From NCBI GenBank assembly GCA_964057225.1, contig OZ059898.1, positions 13,764,001 to 13,828,000 on the forward strand: a DNA stretch of 64,000 bases, given 5' to 3'. The translations under genes were made by a program, and so were the position numbers. The DNA is from Auanema rhodensis (Eukaryota > Animalia > Nematoda). The notes under the pieces are model-generated. The model was not told the origin of the DNA, made no database searches, and was given only the letters and a program-made list of their open reading frames with translations. Positions 1-12,100 of this stretch are shown one piece after another (positions within the stretch are counted from its first letter, which is position 1; every line of letters starts with the position of its first letter).

Positions 1-1266
1 TTCCATATATTTGCCTATATATCTAGTCAAAATATCTCCATTAACATCAATATCCTGAAGTGATGCACTCAAGTTAGTAAAAAACTCAGTAAGCGCACTG
101 AAAACAAAACCATAATTTAAAATCTAAGAAAAAACAAAAAGATAAACAATATAAACGAATAAACATTACATAGTTTTGCAATGAAATAACAAGGGCAGAA
201 AAGTCAAACTTACTTTAAAACACCATTAACATCAACATCTTTATTAGCAACTTTTCCTTTGCTTCGGACTTTGAAAGAACATATTCCTGGCTGAAAGAAA
301 TAGATTACATCCCCTGTAAGTTTTTTTATAAACCTTGATAACATCACAGTCAAACACATCAACACCATCACGGCTATCAATCGCAGCTTTGCAAAAATGT
401 TGAAGAATATCTTTAGTCCATTTAATCAGCTTTGGATCCAAATAACATAAAATTTGCATGGCAGTTAAATTCTATAGTAATAGACAATAAAGATATAAAA
501 TGATACACCTACCAATGAAGTATTCGAAGAACTTTCGTTACATATGTTCAAGATAGTTACACCTTTAGTACTACATTGAGGAAATGAAATAAGTTTTTTG
601 AACTCTTCACCAAGACTTAAAAATATTAAGATGTTTAGAAAAATAGATATAACTTGCCAGCAACGAAGAGAAGTGGCGTAATCATTAACTTCCTGTTTTA
701 ATAATTTTCTGATTCTTTCGGTTAGCACAGAAGGATTCTCACTCTGCAAATTATTATTAAAATAGAACAGTTTATTCTACTAACCGCAATTTCATTCAAG
801 TAGTCTATACATTCTGCTACTAGATTAGCATTAGTCAAAACGTTTGAAGAAGTAGTCCCTAGATTAACCATATTCGTTTCGATCAAGCACAATTTGTCAA
901 TTAAATCCCTGCATTCTTTTACTTCAGACACCTCTTTTTGAAGAGATTTCTCCTTAAAATGGGGAGCCTTACTTATGATAAGGAGTAAAATATCCTACTG
1001 ATTCCCCGAGATTAATTATTTCATTTGAAGATACAATATTTTCGGCCACAGACAATTTATCAGTCACTTTTTTGCTTAACTCTTCTAACTGCACTCCAAT
1101 ATCTCCAAATGAAGCGGAAAAGCAAGGTACTCCAAGGCTATACTTAGTTTCTAAGTTCTTAGCCATTACCTCAAGATCTGCAGCAAATATTCATGAGGAT
1201 TAAACTTTTATCACATGCAAACCTCGCCCAATATCTCTTCTTAAAGAAGCAATTGTGTCTGCCATC
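1..1266 (-). CDS. Multi-exon gene, 3' end outside window; tentatively ZW10/CZW-1-like (RZZ/CATCHR helical protein)
   Basis: Spliced reading MADTIASLRRDIGR|DLEVMAKNLETKYSLG...LEELSKKVTDKL...LLKQEVNDYATSLRCWQ with short GT-AG introns. The N-terminal coiled coil loosely resembles ZW10. The gene is real; the family call is weak. Confidence 0.4.
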
Positions 1267-1421
1267 GTCTAGTCTTTAAACAAAAAGCTGCTAGTGAATG
1301 AATTATACAGAAACAGTTTAAAATTTTACGGACAATTCTGAAGTTTTAGAAAATATAAATACCCTCAAAACAGATTTGCATTAGCTTATTTCCAAACAAA
1401 ATTGAAATAATGAAACATATG

Positions 1422-1440
1422 TTCAAAAAAATGGCGCGAA
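1422..1440 (-). promoter_or_regulatory. E2F/CDE + CHR-like (DREAM) element upstream of the ZW10-like gene
   Basis: Minus strand reads TTCGCGCC-ATTTT-TTTGAA, ~160 bp upstream of the ATG at 1266. Confidence 0.55.
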
Positions 1441-1502
1441 CATCAAAAAACGATAGAGCACGGATCAGTCCAAATTGAAGATTTGAAATGTATAACAAAC
1501 GA

Positions 1503-1620
1503 GAAAATTAAAAATATAACAATTTATTGAAGAAAAAATTAAAAATATAACAATTTATTGAAGAAAAAATTAATAATATAACAATTTATTTATTGAAGAA
1601 AAAATTAATAATAATAACAA
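1503..1620. repeat. ~3.5 tandem copies of a ~32-bp AT-rich unit in the PARL 3' UTR
   Basis: GAAAAAATTAAAAATATAACAATTTATTGAA is repeated; each full unit carries AATAAA on the minus strand. Confidence 0.85.
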
Positions 1621-1643
1621 CAGACAATAATTCCTTCTAGAAC

Positions 1644-3105
1644 TTAATATACACTTCTCTTTGAATTAATTAATCGGTGATCGGTAAAATCGTTCTACTA
1701 ATTTTCCGTATTTCTCCCAAATCAATCGTTCACCATAATGTGCATAGAATCTAGAATACAATGAAAGCAATAACTAATAAGAACTAAACTTACATTCCAA
1801 ATAATGTTCCTCCTAAATGAGCAGCATGATCAAACAACCGGAATCTAAATTAATTATAAATTTTAATAAAGTTAGAAAAGCATAATTCTAACCTGAATAA
1901 AAGTCCTGCCAGATCAAATAATAGAATACCCAATATAGCATTCTCCGCAGAAACTGTATAGCTTGGAAGAAATATTAAGCTAAGTTTCGCATCAGGAACT
2001 TTCATACATACATAGCTCAATATGGCAAGAATAGCCCCACTCTAAAAAGATCACCAAGATAAAAATTTTTGTTTATAATACTTACAGCACCAAGAGCTCG
2101 AATTGGAGACCTTATCGCTGCTTTGTGAGCGAGCGAAGTAAAAGAAGATACTAAAGCTGCTGTGATATAAAAGGCCCAGAACTAAATTAAAAAACAATTA
2201 TATATCATAGAAAGTAAGGCGAACCTGGTCAGGCCCAACAAATTTGTCAATAGTTAAAACTGTGATTGAATATAATACATACATATTCAAACCTAAATGA
2301 ATGATATTAGAATGCGAGAATGCGCTAAGTATCATTGGCGAACAAAGACTTTCTGAAACGAGAGATGTGTTAACTGAAAATATAATTATCCTAACTTGAT
2401 GCAAAACTATTTGTGAAGTATCGCCACATAGAGGGCTCAAATCGTTTCATTTTCCAAAGGCAGAACACAAGTAAGTTTACTGAAACACAAAACTGAAAAA
2501 ACTAAAATGCTTGAATGCTAACATCCTATTAAAATGGCAAAATGTTTCTGTCCATCTGTAATGTTCTGCCGATGAAAGGATTGTTCCTGATATTCGCCAT
2601 TATAAAAGCTGGAGAAGCTGAAATGATATGATAATGTAAAAAATAAGACTAAACATTTTAACCTGGTCATAGTCGATTTGAAGAAATCATAAGCAGCTTC
2701 TTTTGCTTGAGCTTTCATACGTTCTATATCTGATATAACAGCAAGAGTGAAAGCACCTCCCCCAACCTAAACATATTTAGTGTGAAGCTCAACAACTTTG
2801 AAATCATACTGTGAGAAACTTACTAAGCATGTGAATCCTAGCGCTTTAAGAAGATCTTTCGGAGGTCTAAGAGAAATAGCATCTGTATAATTTGGAACAG
2901 TGTTACCTAAAATAATAAGATTTGTTTATATTTTGTAAGTTAAATCACCTTTTTCAATATTTTGCTTCAGCTTATTTTGAACATCTTTCAATTCCTGCTT
3001 GTATAATCGGTTTCTTGAAATTAATCTAGGAAATCTATTGGCAACTGTAACCGATTTTGACAAAAATCGACTTTGGCAATATAACACGTTACGCAAAACC
3101 AACAT
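1644..3105 (-). CDS. parl: Mitochondrial rhomboid protease PARL (multi-exon)
   Basis: Basic mitochondrial-targeting-like N-terminus MLVLRNVLYCQSRFLSK; SPMILSAFSH..HLGLNM; catalytic ALGASGA and FDHAAHLGG motifs; ends HRLINSKRSVY*. Confidence 0.9.
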
Positions 3106-3600
3106 TTTAATTAGTATGCAGCTAGAAATACATACATTATGAAAATTGGTCCCAACGCGATCGTACATTGGAAAATTGCCAACTTTTGAACGCTGTTTAA
3201 GGTTGTGGTTAACTAATAGTGTAATCGATTTTCATAACTTTATATAATTAATCATTTATTTATTATATATAATTTTTATTTATTTGATTGGTGTTATGAT
3301 GCAGATTCTATTTTATTCACTTCATAACTACTTTTTTTTCTATTATCATAAAAAGCAAATTTACATTAAATGAAAGAGAGCGTCCCTTTCTGCTTTTTTT
3401 GAGTTATGTACTTATACTAGTTTATCTTCTCTTAAATATATTAATTTCTGTTTATTTTTTAATTCTCAAGTACTTGTTGTTTTAAAGTATGCTTTTTAGT
3501 TGACTCTTTGCGATACTAACAATTAACTAACTGCGTGAGGATATTATTTAGGTTGGTTTTCTGTAATGCCATTCTCTTTATATCATTATATTTAGTTGAA

Positions 3601-6600
3601 ATGTTTTATTCACAATTCGTATTATCCAAAAAGGGCCCGTTGGCCAAAATTTGGCTGGCTGCCCACTGGGAAAAGAAACTTTCAAAAGCTCAAATTTATG
3701 AAACTAACGTTGAGGATGCTGTTGAAGAAATTTTGAAACCAAAGGTATTTTTTCTTAGTTTTTATATTTGCATACTTAATTTTAGGTTAAAATGGCTCTT
3801 AGAACCACTGGACATTTATTGTTAGGAATTGTTCGTATATACTCTCGTAAAACGAAATATCTTCTGGCTGATTGCAATGAAGCTTTCCTCAAGATCAAGA
3901 TGGCTTTCAGACCAGGACAAGTAGAACTTTCTGATGATGCAAGGGATGCTAATACTAGTTTTCAAGGAATTCCTGAGGTTGTTTCCTACCGATTTAATAG
4001 TTCTTATGAATAGTTCAGGTTTATACTGATTTCGACACTGCCCTTCCCGAATTCAACGATGCTGAATTTGCAAATCATTTACAAGTATGCCATGAAGTTA
4101 TTATTATTAAAATTTTATGTTTTTAAGGTGAGCCAAAGTCGTATTGATGATATTACTTTAAAAGAAGATTTAATCGGAGATCCAGCAAATATGAGATTTA
4201 ATGACGATTTTGGAGTGAGAAAACTGTATTTTAATATTATTTTAAATTATAAATTTAGATGGATGATTTTGGAGAAAGTGCTATTGGTATGGGAAGTGCC
4301 TTTGACGATGACTTCGCTAGTTTCGATGCAAGCGCAGGCTTGGAAATGGGTCGTGATGCTAGTAGCCACATGTCTTTTGGAAATTCAATGCGGTATTTTT
4401 GTTGTACTTTTGTTTTTTATGTTATTTTTGATATCTTCAGCGATCTTAGAGAACCCACACCTTCTCTTGAAGGCAAGATGGCCCCAGGAGCCCCCATTTT
4501 TAATACAGATGATGACTTCGGTGGTGTTGATATCGGAGATGATGATATGGATGGTTATCAATTTTTTTCTCTTTCTAATACCATATTCTATATTTTAAGG
4601 AAGCGTTTTTAACGATAATATGTCTGCTATTGTAAATCTAGATGCCCCTGGAGCCGAATTAGGAGATGAAATGCAACTTGGAGCAACTGCCAATAGTATT
4701 CAAAGTATAAAATCGAAATTGAATATAATTTAACTTTTTAATTTTCAGGTGACCGTCAGGAGAGTTTTGCTTTAGAGCCTCTTGATATATCTGCTCTGGA
4801 TAAAATGCAAGAGAAACGTAGAAGAAAAAGAAGACTTATTGTTGATGAGCAAAAAAATATCAGCGGAGATGAAATGAAAGCTAACATGGCTGATTTCTCG
4901 TGAGCTAATAATATACTAACTTCCATATTTAATTTTTTTTCAGAGATACTTTGCAAACTTTGGATCTCGCTCCTCCTACTAGAAAGCTTATGCGTATGAA
5001 AGAAGCTGGAACAGTTGAAAAACTCTTCCATATGCCTGGTTTCCAATATATGAAAGCTAAGCCTTTGATCAGAGTATGTCATATTTACTCGATCTTTTCT
5101 TTATTTCTTCTTCTTCAGTTGTATCAATCTCACTTGGTTCTTAAAGCTCGTGTTGATGATGTATTGATAGCCGATGATATTAGAAAAGAACTCGACTTAT
5201 CTGATATTATTGAAGATGACTTCCAATATACCGCGGTTAGTGTATATTTCATTTTTTATTATGATTATTTGATTTCTTTTTAACTTTTATCCCCCTACGA
5301 TTGTAAGATATATCGGCTTGTCGTCGAAGGCTGCTGTCATTTTTTTTATCTGGCGCATCTCTGCTGTCGGTAGCGAAGCGTGCATACCTTATGATCCTTT
5401 TTACATGAGAATAATGTGGAGTCGTTACAATGATGGAAGGTTTTTTTGTAAAACCTATTGAATATCCATTGACAGTTCAATCGCGCATGAAATTTTCAAT
5501 GACATTATATTAAGTCTATTTCAAGGGAAATTATTTTGTTTTTCATAATCCTTTTAAATTTACGCCGCTCATTGATAATTGCCAATCGGGTATTTTATGG
5601 AAAATTTAAATACAATTCCACTTTGAACCATTTTTGTAATTTCTTGTGAACGGTCGTTTTATTAGCTAAATATATAGGTCCCCTGATTTTTTTTACTGTG
5701 AAATCAAAATCATATTCATTACGCAAGTAACCCTGCTCAAGCTTCCTTTATATTTATTAATTCTGTCCTTTTCTTCATTATTCTGTGCAATATACTGAAG
5801 AGCTTTTGCACATGCTCTCTAATTAATCACATTTGTTTCCATATGGTGAAATTGATTATTATGTGATATAGTGTTAGGCAACGGCTTTTCTATGCTCAAA
5901 CTTTAAGTTGAAGAGTTTATTATCGGTCAACCAGTTAGTTAACTCTTGTTCTTGAGAACATATGCTCTATTGTGTATGGTGTTTAAGAGTTCTCCCTCAC
6001 AACCACTTTTTGAAAGTGGCTAAAACTGTACGTTCTTTTTATGGGTCAACGGACTTTTCTTTGAAAACTTAAGATTTTTTTTAATGTTTCGAGGTGTTTA
6101 AGTTAAGTCCCAAAATAGTTGAAAATTAATGGTTATCTAGTAGGATGAGTAATGTAGCATAATTAGCAAGATAGCATGCCCATCTGTTCGCATTCGGTGA
6201 CGCAACACTTACACGGTCCTGCAGTGAAGCGTGAAGCCCTGCAATGTACAAGATAGTTGTAATTATCTGTATATGAACCTAATTACTAAAAAAACCTGCT
6301 CATTTACATCTTTATCTTTAAATTGGTTGCTTGAATTAGTCTGCTTTGAGTTTTCTGCTCACAGTTAGTGATGGAAGCTCTCAAGTTTTGTTCTAGGCAT
6401 ATATTAAGGGATCACTGTCATTCAACATGTTTTAAATAGCAGGGAATAAAACAAATAGAATGGTTTTGACCTTGACGTTCGACTGGCAATATGTAAGTGA
6501 AGAAAATGAGGAGGCATGTGGGTAATTATTCCGTCGTGTGTCAGTAAAGGCTGCCTCCGGTGATTGAGTCTAATCTTCGCCCTCGAGAGTACGCGACCTC

Positions 6601-9178
6601 GTACTTGCTAATGGGAGGTGGATTACCCTCGAACCGCGTCAAAATGCCGTATGATTGCGGTCAATGATGAAATTAGGAAGGTGGAAGAAAAGTCGAAGCA
6701 TATATACTAAAATCCCCATATTCATACTGTGTTAAAATCCTAGTTAAATAGGTTTTAAAAGATTCCAATATGTTGTGACCGGTTACTGTACGTGCTGAGG
6801 TGGGAGACTTAAAGGCTTAGTTTCACATCACTGATTTCTATCTGGAATGCATTACTGCTAAGACTCTTTATCATGTTTTTCATACAACTGGACAACTAAA
6901 ACTTCTTTTTGATTTTTGCTCCTTTTTCATCATAGCCGATCCCTGATGACAAGTAATACATGATTTTCCGGTAGTCCTTGGCGCGCGATTGTCTTTCGAT
7001 TTGCAACATGCGAGGTCACGACTACCGTATTGAGAATAATGTTTTCCTACGGGCTTATCCTGTCTCGTCTTGAGATTTTTTAGCTGGCAGGAGGTTTAGC
7101 CAAGAAGCAAACCGTTACACGTGTCGAGCAGAGGTGATTGACACCCGAGCACAAACAAAAGAGAGTGGATACGTTGGTTTTCTATTTGCACTAGACTGAT
7201 CCTACCGTACTAAGATGCCATACAAAATATACAGTAAACAGTCTTTATTAAAGTTACCAAAAAAGATTTAAAACGATCTATGCTATACATATCATGATTT
7301 ATTTATAGGATGCTGGAGACGATTTTGAAGATATTGGACCTATCAACATTGAACCATTCCATGCTGATTCACCTCCTCCTATGGCGGAATTGGAACCTGA
7401 AGATTCTCCTGTTAAAGATCTCGAAGATAGTCCTGCTGCTGAAAAGAAGAAGAGAAAGAGCAATTTGAATGAGGTAATTTATTTTTGTAAGCTGCTTTAT
7501 GATTCTACAATTGCTGACCCCCTATTGTTGTGGAAATGCTTTTAGTATTGAGGCAACATTTTGTCGGCTTTTCTTTATGGATAATTAGTCAAAAAGAAGT
7601 GCTAAAGTAGACAGATGTTATAAGTGTGGTTCTTGACAAAACTATGGGAGATGCGTCTGTCCTTGTTATTGTTTTGTTGCAACTAGAATTACTCTTAATA
7701 TGGGTTACAGGTGTTCATCCTGCTTCAATTATTTTAATGTTATCACAAGATTTACAACCCTCATTTAAATTAGTTTAAAATTGTATACGATTGATTTCTG
7801 AATTTGGAAGAATATGATCTGTTGAAGAACAAATACATCGAGAAATACGAACTGTGCGCTACTGTTTGTTTTCAAGTGTCGCTCTTACAATCTTTGCATT
7901 CATGAACTACATTTTACGGGAGTATTATTTAAGTTTCTTTCAGACTACGAGAACTGAAGATGATGAGGCTGCCGAGGGTGATGAAGACCATAGATGGACT
8001 AAGAGAACACAAGGAGTTTTGAACTCTATTTCAACAAAACTTAATTCTGCTGGTGGTGCTGAGGCAAGTGTATTTTTATATCTTAAAGGTTATTTGTCGT
8101 GTCCCTTCTTTTAACTACTTATCCTCAAATGAGCTCCTTAGTTTTACGGTCATTCTTCTTAACTATCATTCCCTCCTGTTGAGTTGATCTGCATAATCCA
8201 AGAAGGGCGAGGTCAAACCAACTTGTCTTGGCTCCCGTTGCGAATTTCACGTTTATTTGATAGCGTTGAAAATCATGGGTTCAACTATATCGTTATTCAT
8301 TGATCAGGTGAAAAGAAATATATATTTTTTCTGTAGCGGAAACCTGATAATTAGGCTAGCTGACTGACCCTATTACATGCTATTTTGTTATTCTACCTAT
8401 GCTTATTACGTGGACAATACAATAAAATTGCCATGGTTCAGCAAGCAATCTACTCACAGAAGACATAGAGCCCCTATATTCATATATATCATGTTTACCC
8501 TTATTGAGTTATGAGCTTCAGATTATACCACCTGAGTGCCCCAATATGGCACTCTAATCTGGGTAATCCTCTTATTACTTGGATAAGATACGGATATGAA
8601 TCCAAGTAACTCATAAATTCAGATCATCTGATTTATAACGAACCCGTTATGTTAACTGTTAACCTCTACCGACTACTTGTCAAATAATATAATTTCTGAT
8701 CCCTTGGTTACCCTGGTTTGTGCTATTTGCATCATGACCGAAAAAATCTTTGTTTTTTGTTATGTCAAAACACGGAGCATGTTGCAAGTATTGAAAGAAG
8801 GCCTTTGTTAGCTCCTGCTCTCTTTGCTTCACTTTTCCTGTCGGAGAACTTTCTTTGTGAATTGAGGGTGTTGGCTCTCAAGATCGATAAAACAAGGAAG
8901 GAAGAACGGAAAAGGGTTGCGTAGTCTTATAATGAACACCGCATTCTACCGTAGTTATATATGTCTATTCTTTGTTTGTTTTCATCTTATTAAATTTTTT
9001 TCAGATTACATTAAATGACTTACTAACGAAAGGATCTACCAGAAAGACTGCTGCACAGAAGTTCTACACGCTCCTGGTTTTGAAGAAATGGCAAGCTATC
9101 GACGTCAAACAGTCTGAGCCATTTGGAGATATTCTCATATCTGCTGGACCTAATATTGCACAAACTGTAGCCCAATAA
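3601..9178 (+). CDS. rad21: Cohesin kleisin Rad21 (coh-1/scc-1 family), multi-exon
   Basis: N-terminus [27 protein letters not shown]...[20 protein letters not shown]; central [14 protein letters not shown] and [12 protein letters not shown]; ExxR site LEMGR; C-terminal winged helix [31 protein letters not shown]. Long introns at 5236-7308, 7474-7943 and 8064-9004 (GC-AG). Confidence 0.96.
6969..7122 (+). ncRNA. Candidate intronic H/ACA sno/scaRNA in the rad21 intron
   Basis: Hairpin closed by CGGTAGTC(6969-6976)/GACTACCG(7020-7027), H box AGAATA (7033-7038), second hairpin (GGCT..TCCTGTC / GGCAGGA..AGCC), ACA at 7117-7119. No target identified. Confidence 0.35.
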
Positions 9179-12100
9179 TCTGTTATTTAAAAAATTGAAA
9201 ATCACTGTTGTTGGCCTGTCAAAAATATTGGCTTCAGACCGTGAATAGTACACAATACAATCAGTTTGACTAAATTGTATTGTAATTCCATGTATAATGC
9301 GTGTTCATTTAATCGATTTTCTTATCTTTCAAAAAGTTTTAGCCCTCATGGCTTATTCTTAAAGTAACCTTTGATCTCTATTCAAATATTGTACACATGC
9401 TATTTATGACTATATAATAATCATTATGCAATAGTAACGTTTTCTTATTTATGATATACAGCATTACAATTTTATTCCCCGAAATATTCAAGGAAACCAT
9501 TTTCGAGACTGTAAGGACTTCACCTTTTACATATGTTTCTATCCAATTGACCTAACATCCTTAAAGAGTGTGAACATGTGCTCTTTCAGCTTGACATTCA
9601 TTTCTTTCGCCTCTTGTGAGTCCTGTAGTTGTTAGAGTTGACCCTTATGTAACTTTCACCATATTAGGAAGTCTAATGGGTTTGCCCTCTTACAGTCTGT
9701 GAGCCTTGTATATCAATAAGTATGAAGTATCCAGAAATGCTTATCGACAATATGTTGAGAGGAAAAGAAGCTCCATCTGTTGCTTTAGTGAAGATCGAAA
9801 GGTTGCGCGTTCTCCAAGAGTTCGCTTATTGAACTGGACTTGAATGTTGGTGATTTTTGCCAAAAGTAGAGAATCTCTTTTGCTCATCATCCAAGCCATC
9901 ATCTCTTTGCCGCCCTTCTCCTCGTCGCGCTGTCTTCATCGTTCTCTAGCTCCGGCCTTTGAAAGCGCATACAAAAGACTGAAAAGAGGGAATAGAGCGG
10001 TGGATTCAAAAGAAACAATGCGCTGTAATGATTGGCGTCCCACACCACAGACATACATATACACACTCTCACATACACTGAAAGCTTCTAGATGAGTAGT
10101 AGTTGCTGCTGCTACTAATGCTGTCGTCGTGGAAGTTCACGGTGACGTCGTCTTTCTGGTTGCTAGCCATCGTTGCTGTTGTACAAGACACTGTTTCAAT
10201 TCTAGAACAGCTCTCTTCGGTCATCGTCGGATGACAATCATTCCTGTACCTCAGGTTGGTTCAGCGTTTAGCGATTGAGTTGACCTCTGAAAGCACTGAT
10301 TGTCTGAAACCTAAGTTCTAATACTTTTCGTTAATCCTGATGTCGTCCCCAACTTGTCGTCCTTTGCAATTCAGTCACCTCATCAGAGTCATCAGCACAC
10401 GTGCATTGATCGTTTTGACCTTGCCTTGTCTAGTCCTTTCCAACCACACACTCGGGGTTCCTTGATTGTTGTGTATCTTGCAACCGTTCGTTTGGCCACT
10501 CTTCTAAGTGTGATTGCGGTAATGACAGCATCACTGGCTCCTCAGATTCTAGAAGGTATATCGACGATCATGTTGACTAAAGTTGTCATTTTTTTCATGT
10601 CATCAACATCTTCTGTTTTAATGACTGATCCAATCGTGCCTTTTAAAGGATTATGAGACAATCCAGATCATATACTTAGTGTACTTTCGATCTTAATCGA
10701 ACTTTGTGACTTGTGCTGGCAATTACTTAACGCACAGTCAGTCTACTTCTTCATTCCAGCTCCCTTGTGAATCTATTATTGGACATACTAGAGTACTGTC
10801 ATCAGTTTACGGTTTTCACCAGATTTACCAACTATTAGCTTTTCAACCCTTCTTATTTTATGTCTGCTCATAATACCGTAGTATTGTCTATTATGAACAC
10901 ATACATACATATAGTCTTTACGGGACTATTTTTCTGTTTTTCGGGTTGTGCTTGATGGGATTGAAAAACATTTGAACAAACATTTGGCATTCACGCACAT
11001 ACACATACTTAGTAATAACATTCACAATGAAGTCTTAAAGAGAATTGAAATAGTTACTACTTAAATGAATAAGTAGTATTAAGAAAAACGAAATTCAGTA
11101 GTACTATTTTCAACTAATTATTATATCTTTGATGCATCTGATGCATCTGATAGGATATATCTTATATGTGTAATTAATAATTTGTCCTAGATCTCAATTA
11201 TGTTTAGATAATGGATAAAGTAGAAAGTTGGATGCATAACCTCTAATCTGACTACAAACTTCATGCTATCGAGCGATAGCAACCCTGATCAATATGAGGA
11301 CGAGTCCCGACATTCCCTAAGGCTAGTGGACTCCAGTGACAAACAGCATGTACAGTAGTCAAAGAGCGTTTGGGCTCTAGCGTCATGGCAGCACGAATGT
11401 TGTCTGGCCTTCTGTGTCTCTTCCATTCTCTCTTTCTATCTGCTCCGCTATCTTTCGTCACGTTTTTCATAGTCTCCAGTTTTCTGTTCTGCTTTCTCCA
11501 GTCTTGTTAAAGTTTGCTTGACGTCGACTGCGGAACAATACTTATTCACAAATTTCTACTACGTAAATATAGTAATACTGGTAAAAGCTTTTACGGATTT
11601 TCTGATATAAATTTGTAACTGTTGGGATGAAATAACGTTGTCAGAAGTGCATAAAATGCAGAAGGATTGAATTTAACCATTGAATTGAAATTTATAAGTG
11701 GAATCATGGCTAGGAGAGGTCGTTTTCGGGAAACGATGAGAAGGAGAAGACACTAGAAGAGGAATAGATGTGGAGAGTGTTTGAAGTCATATTCAATGAA
11801 AGAGGTAGCGAGAGACGAGAAAAACGACTTGAATGAGGCGAATAGTAGGAAGGACGTTGAAGGTGAAGAACCTGCAACTCAAATCGACATTGTAGACGAT
11901 AATACTGCGTCATGGCACAGACAGCCATAACCGTCTTATCTTTCTACAAATTTTGTTCCAATATCTGTAATAGGCGATTTCAAATTAAAGCTTCTAGATA
12001 GCTTCCTAGTATTGCATTTTATTTGATGTATACTATATATTGGCTACTATGTGATAGTAATAATCCATATTTGTTCATAAAGCAAGCTGTTCCTATCGGT

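Noticed and set aside
6620-6830. Group II intron domain V, hammerhead or U3-like motifs in the rad21 intron
   Set aside because: Only short partial matches; the catalytic consensus elements are absent.
5236-9004. Telomerase RNA in a germline-gene intron (as reported for C. elegans terc-1)
   Set aside because: No ~1.5-repeat template (e.g. CTAAGCCTAA) on the sense strand of the rad21 introns. The eEF1B intron has only TAAGCCTTA, partly inside a hairpin stem.
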